A stretch of 62,856 nucleotides of DNA. Source: an uncultured Gammaproteobacteria bacterium (lineage in GTDB: Bacteria; Patescibacteriota; Patescibacteriia; GCA-002772895). The DNA is taken from contig CAZFZQ010000001.1 of NCBI GenBank assembly GCA_964522845.1, positions 6,559 to 69,414 on the forward strand, given 5' to 3'. Below are positions 28,579-36,706 of the stretch, in pieces. The position numbers and the translations under genes are program-made. Under the pieces are notes generated by a model that made no database searches, had not been told where the DNA came from, and saw only the letters and a program-made list of their open reading frames with translations. Each line of letters starts with the position of its first letter. The stretch's first letter is position 1.

Positions 28579-29484
28579 ATGAAATATCTCGTAACCGGCG
28601 GGGCGGGGTTTATTGGGACGAATTTAGTAAAAGAATTGCTGGCGCAAGGCCACGAGGTTGTTGTGATTGATAATTATGCCGGCGGAAGAAAACCGGAGCG
28701 GATGCAAAACGGCGCCACATATTTTGAGGGCGATATCCGCAAGCCCGAGGATTTGAATAATGTTTGTCGAAACGGTTTTGATGGAATATTTCATTTTGCC
28801 GCTTTGCCCAGAGTGACTTTTTCCGTGGAGCATCCGGCGGAAACGCACGCGGCCAATGCTACTGGTACATTAAATGTTTTAATCGCCGCGCGGGATCATA
28901 AAATAAAACGCGTGATTTTTTCTTCATCGTCGTCGGTTTATGGCAATCAAGAAATTTATCCTTTGAAAGAAGATTTTATTCCGTTGCCCATCAGTCCCTA
29001 TGCTTTGCATAAATTTATCGGCGAACATTATTGCCGGCTGTTTAATAGTCTCTATGGGCTGGAAACCGTCTGCCTCCGGTATTTTAATGTCTATGGCCCG
29101 TATTTTGATCCCGAAGGGGCGTACGCCTTGGTTATTGGCAAGTTTTTAAAACAAAAAAAAGAAGGCACGCCCATGACTGTTTGCGGCGATGGAGAATATT
29201 ATCGCGACTACACGCACGTTTCCGATATCGTGCGCGCCAACATCGCGGCCATGCAGTCGGATAAAGTTGGACGAGGCGATGTATTTAATATCGGAAATAA
29301 TAATCCGCATTCGGTAAACGAATTGGTTAAAATGATCGGCGGAGAATTTGTTTTTGTGCCGCCCCGCCCGGGCGATGTCCGCTTTACTCAAGCTGACAAT
29401 TCTAAAGCCAAAGAAATTTTGGTCTGGGAACCGAAAGTTCGGTTGGAAGAGGGGATAGAAGAATTGAAAAAAATGTATTTATAA
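28579..29484 (+). CDS. NAD-dependent nucleotide-sugar epimerase/dehydratase (extended SDR)
   Basis: VTGGAGFIGTNL, SSSSVYG, YALHK (YxxxK). Confidence 0.85.
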   Translation: MKYLVTGGAGFIGTNLVKELLAQGHEVVVIDNYAGGRKPERMQNGATYFEGDIRKPEDLNNVCRNGFDGIFHFAALPRVTFSVEHPAETHAANATGTLNVLIAARDHKIKRVIFSSSSSVYGNQEIYPLKEDFIPLPISPYALHKFIGEHYCRLFNSLYGLETVCLRYFNVYGPYFDPEGAYALVIGKFLKQKKEGTPMTVCGDGEYYRDYTHVSDIVRANIAAMQSDKVGRGDVFNIGNNNPHSVNELVKMIGGEFVFVPPRPGDVRFTQADNSKAKEILVWEPKVRLEEGIEELKKMYL

Positions 29485-29515
29485 AAAATCAGCCCTGTTA
29501 TCGTGCTGATTTTTA
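29484..29515. terminator. bidirectional hairpin terminator between convergent genes
   Basis: AAAAATCAGC - 11-nt loop - GCTGATTTTT. It overlaps the stop codon of the minus-strand gene. Confidence 0.55.
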
Positions 29516-30895
29516 TCTCCCCCTAAATCTCAAAATAGTATTTATGGTTTTAAGTATGATGGTAGCGTCCAAAAGAAATGACCGATTTTTGATATAAAAA
29601 ATATCGTACTGCAATTTTTTCAGATTCTGTTCCGCGTTTCCGGCGTAAGGATAATTTATTTGCGCCCAGCCGGTCAGCCCGGGCTGCACTAAGTTCCGTA
29701 AAGGATAAAATGGTGCCTTTTCCGTAAATTCCGCCACAAACTCCGGCCGCTCCGGCCGGGGGCCGATAAAGCTCATCTCGCCCAAAAGAACATTTAAAAT
29801 TTGAGGCAGTTCGTCAATTCGCGTCCGCCGCAAAAATTTTCCGAAGCGGGTGATGCGGCTGTCGTTTTCTCCGGCAAATTGCGGCGCGCCCGCTTCCGCG
29901 TTTTTCACCATGGTGCGGAATTTGTAAATTTTGAAAATCCTCCCGTTTTTGCCAACTCTTTTTTGCGTGTAAAAAATCGGCCAGCCGTCGCTCGCCAATT
30001 CCCCAATCGCGACAATCGGAAAAATTGCCACAAACACGACGCCCAAAATTCCGGCCAGAATATAGTCGGTCGCGATTTTACCGCGGTCGTATATCTTTTT
30101 CTCCGCTTCTTGCAAATTATCCAAAAACCATCCTTGGGTTAAATTTTCAATCGGCAATTTGCCCGTCACCTGTTCATATAATTTTAACAAATTGATAAAA
30201 GTGATGTTGGAAAAAATCAGCTGATAGAGCTTGGCGTTCGCGGTTTCATCAATATTTTTTCCATGATGGACGGCGATGGTGTTCACGCCCAATGCTTTTG
30301 CGTTTTGGATCATTTCTTCCATGGCCGGCTGTTTTATGTCCAAGTCCGGAATTTTTTCATCGGCCACCACGCAGACGACTTCATATCCCAGCTGCGGCTC
30401 GTTTTTGAAAGCGGTAATCAGCTCGCGCACTTCTTTGGAATATCCCAAAAAAGCAATGCGGGTTTTAAAAATATATTTCGCGGTTATCAGATTGTAGGCG
30501 GCGCGCCAGATGATGATAAGGAAAGCGGCGATGGCGGCGTCCATGAAAAGAGTTGTTTTTGGCGCAATTCCAAAAATTGGCGTAAGATAGAAGAAGAAAG
30601 AGGCGATAAAAACATTGATGGCAAAACTTTCAAGCAGCGTCCGGAAAAGAACCAAATTATTTTTCAAAAAATTCAGGTTATACAAATTTTGAGAATAAAA
30701 AACCGCCACCCAGATAAGATAAATGATGACAAAGGGATAAAAATGCAATTGCCAGTTTGCGTTTATATAAGCTTGACTGAAACGGAGGTACAGGGTAATA
30801 TAAAGAGAGGCGAAAAGAAGGAATAGATCGCCTAAAAGCAGGATTATTTGTTTAAGCTTAGCGAGAATTAACATAGGTATTGTTAAAAACATCAT
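29513..30895 (-). CDS. polyprenyl-phosphate glycosyl-1-phosphate transferase (bacterial sugar transferase, WbaP/PglB-type initiating enzyme)
   Basis: N-terminal TM helices. C-terminal motifs PIFYTQKRVGKNGRIFKIYKFRTM and DELPQILNVLLGEMSFIGPRPERP. Confidence 0.9.
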   Translation of the reverse strand: MMFLTIPMLILAKLKQIILLLGDLFLLFASLYITLYLRFSQAYINANWQLHFYPFVIIYLIWVAVFYSQNLYNLNFLKNNLVLFRTLLESFAINVFIASFFFYLTPIFGIAPKTTLFMDAAIAAFLIIIWRAAYNLITAKYIFKTRIAFLGYSKEVRELITAFKNEPQLGYEVVCVVADEKIPDLDIKQPAMEEMIQNAKALGVNTIAVHHGKNIDETANAKLYQLIFSNITFINLLKLYEQVTGKLPIENLTQGWFLDNLQEAEKKIYDRGKIATDYILAGILGVVFVAIFPIVAIGELASDGWPIFYTQKRVGKNGRIFKIYKFRTMVKNAEAGAPQFAGENDSRITRFGKFLRRTRIDELPQILNVLLGEMSFIGPRPERPEFVAEFTEKAPFYPLRNLVQPGLTGWAQINYPYAGNAEQNLKKLQYDIFYIKNRSFLLDATIILKTINTILRFRGR

Positions 30896-30925
30896 AGCTT
30901 ATTTTGCGTAAAAAATCAAGGGTCT

Positions 30926-31597
30926 ATGAAAAAAGCAATTATAATTTTAATAATTTTAATTTTATTGGCCGGCGGAGGCATTGTCGGCTATTTTTCTTGG
31001 CAAAAAGCCAAGGAAGCTAAGTTTTTATCAGCCAATCCGCAAACCGCGGAGGCTTACGCGCTAATTCAAAAAAGAGAAACCCAGCTCAAAAAAGATAAAA
31101 ATAACTATGATTACATGATGAGCATTGCTTTTAATTGGAAGGGCATTGGCGAGGTGACGAAAAACAATGAATATTTAAAGCGATCTATAGCGATGTATGA
31201 CCAAGTGATTAAACGCTGGGGCAACAAGGCATACTTGCCGTTTTTGAATCGCGCCAATGTTTATATTGAATTGAAGGATTACATACGCGCCGAGCAAGAT
31301 CTGAAAATTGCCTTGGAAATTGACCGCGGCGAGCAAAATCTTTATATCGCTTTGGCGAATTTGTACAAAGACTACATGAAGAAAAGTAATGATGAGGTTA
31401 AAGCAGTATACACAAACGCCATGCAAATAATAGTGGGAGGCGGCAATTTGGTTAACAATTACGCCAGTTTCTTGAATGAAATTGGAGACTATAAAGAAGC
31501 TTTGAAGTATTATAAAATGTTAAAACAGGCTTATCCTAACAATCTCGGTTTTGATGAAGCGATTAAAGAGCTTGAAGAAAAACTTCCAAAAATATAA
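30926..31597 (+). CDS. membrane-anchored TPR-repeat protein
   Basis: N-terminal TM segment (IIILIILILLAGGGIVGYF) followed by repeats typical of TPR (A..Y..A). Confidence 0.6.
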   Translation: MKKAIIILIILILLAGGGIVGYFSWQKAKEAKFLSANPQTAEAYALIQKRETQLKKDKNNYDYMMSIAFNWKGIGEVTKNNEYLKRSIAMYDQVIKRWGNKAYLPFLNRANVYIELKDYIRAEQDLKIALEIDRGEQNLYIALANLYKDYMKKSNDEVKAVYTNAMQIIVGGGNLVNNYASFLNEIGDYKEALKYYKMLKQAYPNNLGFDEAIKELEEKLPKI

Positions 31598-31616
31598 TAA
31601 CAAGATAAATAAAGAA

Positions 31617-31680
31617 GTGAGTAGTAAATAGTGAGTAGTGTTTTTCCTAACTACTAACTACTAACTACCAACTACTCGCT
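31617..31680 (+). repeat. imperfect hairpin whose 3' arm is a heptamer tandem repeat (TAACTAC x4, 31648-31675)
   Basis: GTGAGTAGT (31617-25) pairs with ACTACTCGC (31671-79), including one G:U. The 3' arm has 7-nt periodicity. Confidence 0.7.
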
Positions 31681-31690
31681 ATTAACTATT

Positions 31691-32686
31691 ATGGCCAAGG
31701 AAAATGTTCTCGTGACCGGCGGCGCCGGTTTTATCGGTTCGCACTTATGCGAACGGCTTTTAAAAGATTATAACGTTGTTTGTTTGGATGATTTTTTGAC
31801 CAGCAGCGAGAAAAATATCAACCACTTGGTCCAGCTCCCAAATTTTGAATTTATAAAACAAAACTTGTCGGACGATTTTGACTTGGAGGCGGTGCCGGAA
31901 TTGGCCAAATTTCAAATAAATGTTAAGGGATTTAAGGCGATTTTTAATTTATCTTGCCCCACCTCGGCCAAAAATTTTGACGCATTAAGGATTACCACAT
32001 TGGATTCTAACAGTGTGGCTATGAAAAATGTTTTGGAGCTTGTGAGAAAATATAAATCAAAATTTGTCCATATTTCTTCATCTGTGGTTTATGGCGGCAG
32101 GGATAAAATGAAAGGAAAGGTAACGGAAGACGAAGAGGGGATCGTAAACCATTTATCCCCGCGCGGCTGTTATGATGAGGGAAAGCGTTTTGCGGAAACC
32201 GCGGTCGCGACTTATCACCAGGTTTATAAAACCGATTATAAAATCGCCCGCGTTTTCCGGACATACGGCCCGCGCGAACGCCTTTTTGACGGCGAGATGG
32301 TGCCGGATTTCGTGGTTGACGCGGCCAATAACAAAGATTTGATAATTTATGGCGACAAAAATTTTCAAACCTCTCTGGTTTATGTGTCTGACGTGGTGGA
32401 TGCGCTTGTAAAATTGATGAGCGCGCGCGCGGATATCGGTCCGGTGAATATCGGTTCGGACGTGGATTTAAAAATCGTTGATGTGGCTAAAAAAATTATT
32501 GAAATGACCGGATCAAAATCCAAAATTGTTTTTGACAAACCTCTGCCGTTTATTACCGAGCTGGTTTTGCCCGATATTACCAAAGCTAAAGAAGAACTGA
32601 GCTGGCTGCCCCTCGTTCGCCTGGAAGACGGATTGAAGAAGACTATTGATTATACTTTGGCGCATAAAGAACTGCTGGGAATTTAA
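31691..32686 (+). CDS. UDP-glucuronate decarboxylase (UDP-xylose synthase)-like SDR
   Basis: VTGGAGFIGSHLCERL and catalytic YDEGKRFAE, typical of UXS-type enzymes. Confidence 0.75.
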   Translation: MAKENVLVTGGAGFIGSHLCERLLKDYNVVCLDDFLTSSEKNINHLVQLPNFEFIKQNLSDDFDLEAVPELAKFQINVKGFKAIFNLSCPTSAKNFDALRITTLDSNSVAMKNVLELVRKYKSKFVHISSSVVYGGRDKMKGKVTEDEEGIVNHLSPRGCYDEGKRFAETAVATYHQVYKTDYKIARVFRTYGPRERLFDGEMVPDFVVDAANNKDLIIYGDKNFQTSLVYVSDVVDALVKLMSARADIGPVNIGSDVDLKIVDVAKKIIEMTGSKSKIVFDKPLPFITELVLPDITKAKEELSWLPLVRLEDGLKKTIDYTLAHKELLGI

Positions 32687-32714
32687 TTACTAATTACTAA
32701 TTACTAATTACTAA
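32687..32714 (+). repeat. heptamer tandem repeat TTACTAA x4, immediately after the stop codon
   Basis: Exact 7-nt periodicity. It is related to the upstream TAACTAC repeat. Confidence 0.85.
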
Positions 32715-32735
32715 TTTTCAAGAGTTTTTGGATGA

Positions 32736-33422
32736 ATGAATATATTTGTTGTTATTCCCGCTTATAACGAAGAAAAAGCTATTGGCCAGACCGTTTCTGA
32801 TGTACGCAAAATTCTTGCCCCGCGGAGTCTTGGCGAAGTGGGGTGTTCAAATATTATCGTTGTTGATGACGGCTCCGGCGACAAAACCGCTGAGGCGGCC
32901 GAGGTTGCCGGCGCAACTATTTTGCGGCATATTGTGAACCGCGGACAGGGAGCGGCGCTTCGCACGGGGATAAATTACGCGCTGGCGCAGGGCGCAGACG
33001 CAGTTGTTACTTTTGACGCTGACGGCCAATTTGAAGCCGAAGAAATTGGAAAAATTTGCGCGCCGCTCGCGGATGGGTTTTGCGACGTTGTCTTGGGTTC
33101 AAGATTTTTAACTCAAAATAAAATTCCGTTTATAAAAAGATTAATTCTTGCTCCGGCGATTTTTTTTACACGGTTGCTTACGGGTTTAAATTTGTCCGAT
33201 ACGCATAACGGTTTTCGCGCTATGAGCCGCGGGGCGGCGGAAAAAATAAATATCCGCCAAGACAGAATGGCGCATTCGTCGGAAATAATCCATGAAATAG
33301 CCCGGCTGAAACTCAAATTCAAAGAAATTCCCGTTACGGTTAAATATACAGAGTATTCTAAGCGTAAAGGACAAAAAATTTCGGGAGCACTCAAAATTTT
33401 ATTTGATTTGATAATGAAGTAG
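32736..33422 (+). CDS. GT2 glycosyltransferase (polyprenyl-phosphate sugar synthase-like, soluble form)
   Basis: IFVVIPAYNEE, VDDGSGDKT and FDADGQ. It contains an in-frame copy of a repeat at 32814-32843. Confidence 0.85.
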   Translation: MNIFVVIPAYNEEKAIGQTVSDVRKILAPRSLGEVGCSNIIVVDDGSGDKTAEAAEVAGATILRHIVNRGQGAALRTGINYALAQGADAVVTFDADGQFEAEEIGKICAPLADGFCDVVLGSRFLTQNKIPFIKRLILAPAIFFTRLLTGLNLSDTHNGFRAMSRGAAEKINIRQDRMAHSSEIIHEIARLKLKFKEIPVTVKYTEYSKRKGQKISGALKILFDLIMK

Positions 33423-33423
33423 T

Positions 33424-33756
33424 ATGGTATTAATTCAATATATCCTGATTCTCGTCATTATTTGCGTCTTGTTGCAAACGCTGGCCAAATTTCGGGCGAA
33501 AAATATTAGCTCGCGGGAGTTTCTGTTTTGGGTGGTTTTTTGGCTCGCGGTAGGCACGGCGATTTTGATGCCGAAGTTTACGGTTTTTTTGGCAAACTAT
33601 TTGGGCGTTGGCCGCGGCGCCGATCTTGTGGTCTATGCCTCACTTATCTTTGTTTTTTATATGATTTTTCGCGTTTTTTCCCGGCAGAATAAAATAGAAA
33701 AAGATATATCAAAAATAGTTGAAAAATTGGCGATTAAAAATAAGGATCAAAAATAA
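33424..33756 (+). CDS. small 3-4 TM membrane protein (DUF2304-like GT2 partner, recalled from memory)
   Basis: 110 aa, hydrophobic, with a 1-nt gap after the GT2 gene. Confidence 0.55.
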   Translation: MVLIQYILILVIICVLLQTLAKFRAKNISSREFLFWVVFWLAVGTAILMPKFTVFLANYLGVGRGADLVVYASLIFVFYMIFRVFSRQNKIEKDISKIVEKLAIKNKDQK

Positions 33757-33758
33757 TT

Positions 33759-33896
33759 ATGGATAAAAAGAAAAAAATAAAAAAAATCAGAACGCTGGTT
33801 AAGAATATTATAAAGTTGGAGAAGGAGATTGGCGATTTGGATGCTTATAAAGAAAAATTAGATAAAGTTAGGTCTAAATATGATAGAAAAGTTTAA
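33759..33896 (+). CDS. possible 45-aa lysine-rich micro-ORF
   Basis: ATG at 33759; MDKKKKIKKIRTLVKNIIKLEKEIGDLDAYKEKLDKVRSKYDRKV. It overlaps the next ORF start by 17 nt and is not in the ORF track (<60 aa). Confidence 0.25.
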   Translation: MDKKKKIKKIRTLVKNIIKLEKEIGDLDAYKEKLDKVRSKYDRKV

Positions 33897-35397
33897 ATTG
33901 TCCACCGCCGAAGCCGTTCCAAAATCGCAAGAAGAAGGCGAGAAATTAAAAGCAGAGGTTTTAGATATGTCACCCAGAGAATTGGTTGATTATTTTAAAT
34001 TTTTAGAAAAAGAAGGCAAGTTATTAAAATTTTTGGAAGACAACTTAGAGGATGACGCCGTAATGGCGCATTTCAGTTATTGGGAAAAATGGTTGAAGAA
34101 AGACCATCGCCGACTCGTGGACGAAGCGGTGGAGAAAAAGAAACAATTATATCCTGGAAATTCCGAGTCCCTGCCTTTGAATTTGGATAAAAAATTTTCC
34201 CAACAAGAATTGGATTTGATTTTTAAAAATCTTGGCGCCATACAATTAACTTTTGGATGTTCCAAGGGCTGTCCGTTTTGTGGTTTTGACGCTATCAAGG
34301 GAGTAAGGGAGGCAATCCCTTATTCGCAATTGGCTAATTTATTCAAAAATCATGGAGATAAGTTAAAAAGAAATGAACCTTTACTTTATTGGGCGTCCGA
34401 GCCATCCGACTATGCATCAAAAGAAGGGTTAGAAGATAAAACTTATGCAGATGTTCATCAATTGGCGGTAGAATATGCCGGATATAATCCCCATATAACA
34501 AGCAAGGAAACCACTGATGAAAAATGGGTAGATTTTTTACAGACCGGGCCGATAAATAACCCGAGAGTCAGTGTTTATGGATTGGACGCAAAGGCATTGG
34601 TCGTAGTAGAGAAAAATTTTTCTATTTCCGGTAAATCTGTCCGAAACGCAATGACAGCAGTTGGAGAGGGAGAAAAACATAAGAAAGGGATGGGCATTTC
34701 TGCCGAAAAAAATGATATGCCGAATGAATTTGGCATCGGTTGTTTTAATGGCACTCTTTTGACGCCAAGGGGATTGTATAATGTAATCCAGGTGCCGATT
34801 TCTAAAAAATATCCGCAGGGACAGATGATGGTTCCGATTGAAAAAATTGAGACCGGGGAAATAAAAATAGGAGATTATTTGCCGGATATTTTAAAGGCAG
34901 GCGCCATAGTTAAGCATAAAAGAGACCGTTCAATAATGGATAATTTAGAATATTTTACTTTGAAATCCGGCGGCAGTACCTATGATGTTGCCATTGATGA
35001 AAATTTTATTATTACAGATATGCTTTGTTGGGATGAGAAAGAAGAGAATGCTGATAAAATGGGGCTCGCAGTGGGAGCTAGGGGTGTAAGCGGTAGTGAA
35101 GAACACATAAAAAGACGAAGGGATCTCCAGAATGCCAATGGAATATCAAATGGTTATTTCCCGCGGTTATCTAATTTTTTGTCGGTTTTTAAAAGCTTGT
35201 CTCCGATAGGAGGACAAGCTGAGGTTACTTTTGGAGACTTTCATCTTCAGCCCGTTGATATGGAAAAAGCAGAGGAACTCTTGATGGCTCCAATGGACAT
35301 TTATCGCGCGATAATAACACACAAACAACTTCCAGTAAATCCGAAATTAACTTTGAAATTTGAAGGAAATGTGGTCACGGTATTTTATGAAGTATAA
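33880..35397 (+). CDS. orphan protein with a radical SAM-type CxxxCxxC motif
   Basis: C127-x3-C131-x2-C134 (FGCSKGCPFCGF, nt 34258-34281) and YWASEPSD downstream. A ~120-aa helical N-terminus and ~350 aa of unrecognisable C-terminus. Confidence 0.55.
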   Translation: MIEKFKLSTAEAVPKSQEEGEKLKAEVLDMSPRELVDYFKFLEKEGKLLKFLEDNLEDDAVMAHFSYWEKWLKKDHRRLVDEAVEKKKQLYPGNSESLPLNLDKKFSQQELDLIFKNLGAIQLTFGCSKGCPFCGFDAIKGVREAIPYSQLANLFKNHGDKLKRNEPLLYWASEPSDYASKEGLEDKTYADVHQLAVEYAGYNPHITSKETTDEKWVDFLQTGPINNPRVSVYGLDAKALVVVEKNFSISGKSVRNAMTAVGEGEKHKKGMGISAEKNDMPNEFGIGCFNGTLLTPRGLYNVIQVPISKKYPQGQMMVPIEKIETGEIKIGDYLPDILKAGAIVKHKRDRSIMDNLEYFTLKSGGSTYDVAIDENFIITDMLCWDEKEENADKMGLAVGARGVSGSEEHIKRRRDLQNANGISNGYFPRLSNFLSVFKSLSPIGGQAEVTFGDFHLQPVDMEKAEELLMAPMDIYRAIITHKQLPVNPKLTLKFEGNVVTVFYEV

Positions 35398-35408
35398 TTG
35401 TTGATTTT

Positions 35409-36503
35409 ATGCCTCCAAAAGTCGGCGTGGTGATGGTCAATTATAATAATTACGCAAAATATTTTGAAGATTTATTTTTTTCTTTAAAAAAATCCCAATA
35501 TCCTAATTGGGAAATTGTTTTTATAGACAATGCCTCAACCGACGGAAGCGTGGATTATCTGAAAGAAAAGTTTGCTCCGCAATTTCCCAACCTGACAATA
35601 ATAAAAGTTGATAAAAATTCCGGTTTTGCCACGGGAAATAATATCGGATTAAAATATTTGCAAGATAAAGATTTTGATTATGCCTACTTATTGAATTTGG
35701 ACACGACGGTCGCGCCTGATTTTTTAGAACGCGCGCTCGCGAAAGCGGGGGATGATGTCGGCTCCGTGCAGTCGCTTATTCTTTTGCATCCTTCGGTTGC
35801 AAAAGCGGGAGCGGCAATGTTATCAAATACTTTAGGCAACGCCATTCATTACCTTGGTTTTGGATATTGTTACGGATACGGCTGGGAAAAAGAAAAATGG
35901 GAAAAATACCTGGTTGATTGGCGCGTACGCGATCCGGAATTGAATATCGCCTATGGTTCAGGCGCGGGAATCCTCCTGAATATGCGCGCCCTGCGTGAAA
36001 CGGGTTTTTTTGACGACATATATTTTATGTATCACGAAGATTTGGACTTGGGCTGGCGCTTGCGGCTCGCGGGCTACAAAAATATTTTGGCGCCGGAGTC
36101 GGTGATTTATCACAAATATGAATTTTCCAAGTCCATTAAAAAATATTATTGGATGGAGCGCAACCGTTTTATCACCATGATGAAAAATTATTCAGGGCTG
36201 ACGCTGATTTTAATTTTTCCGGCGCTGGTAATAATGGAATTCGGGCTTTTGCTGTTCTCATTCCGTTCGGGATGGTGGCGGGAAAAGCTTCGCGTGTATG
36301 AATATTTTTTACATCCGAAGCGTTGGCGCGTGATTGCTTCCGGCCGGCACCGGGCGCAAAAATTGCGCAAGGCCTCGGATCGTCAAATCGCAAAACATTT
36401 TGTCGGGGAAATTTTATTTCAGGATATGGACAGTCCGCTTCTCACGAAAATTGCCAACCCGATTTTTAATTTGTATTGGAAAATTATTCAAAGATTGATA
36501 TAG
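35409..36503 (+). CDS. GT2 glycosyltransferase (rhamnosyl/galactofuranosyl-transferase-like subgroup)
   Basis: VGVVMVNYNN, IDNASTDGS, LNLDT, and YHEDLDLGWRLRLAGY with a C-terminal TM segment. Confidence 0.8.
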   Translation: MPPKVGVVMVNYNNYAKYFEDLFFSLKKSQYPNWEIVFIDNASTDGSVDYLKEKFAPQFPNLTIIKVDKNSGFATGNNIGLKYLQDKDFDYAYLLNLDTTVAPDFLERALAKAGDDVGSVQSLILLHPSVAKAGAAMLSNTLGNAIHYLGFGYCYGYGWEKEKWEKYLVDWRVRDPELNIAYGSGAGILLNMRALRETGFFDDIYFMYHEDLDLGWRLRLAGYKNILAPESVIYHKYEFSKSIKKYYWMERNRFITMMKNYSGLTLILIFPALVIMEFGLLLFSFRSGWWREKLRVYEYFLHPKRWRVIASGRHRAQKLRKASDRQIAKHFVGEILFQDMDSPLLTKIANPIFNLYWKIIQRLI

Positions 36504-36510
36504 GGGGGGG
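36503..36510 (+). repeat. G8 homopolymer between a stop codon and the repeat element
   Basis: taGGGGGGGG. The first G is the last base of the TAG stop. Confidence 0.9.
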
Positions 36511-36515
36511 CTTGA

Positions 36516-36649
36516 CCCAGTAAGACCAACTTTGGCTGTTTTTTCTCTAAATTTAGCTAAAATAAAGATTTGAGTTTGTAGAAATCAACTAACTTTTATC
36601 CAAAATCAAACTTTAAAAAAGACTTAATTTCCAAAGTTGTCTTACTGGG
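36516..36649. mobile_element. 134-bp ORF-less element with terminal inverted repeats (MITE-like), same TIR as the GIY-YIG element
   Basis: CCCAGTAAGACCAACTTTGG (36516-35) and CCAAAGTTGTCTTACTGGG (36631-49). Flanking direct repeat CTTGA (36511-15 and 36650-54). Confidence 0.5.
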
Positions 36650-36650
36650 C

Positions 36651-36679
36651 TTGACAAAAGAGCGAAAATGTGCTATACT
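36651..36679 (+). promoter_or_regulatory. sigma70 consensus-like promoter
   Basis: TTGACA (36651-56), a 17-nt spacer, TATACT (36674-79), 27 nt upstream of the ATG at 36707. Confidence 0.6.
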
Positions 36680-36706
36680 TCTCGCATATTTCAATAATGC
36701 TCAAAT

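Noticed and set aside
31648-32714. Short tandem repeats considered as a possible CRISPR array.
   Set aside because: The units are 7 nt with no spacers, and only 4 copies are present. These are microsatellites, not a CRISPR array.
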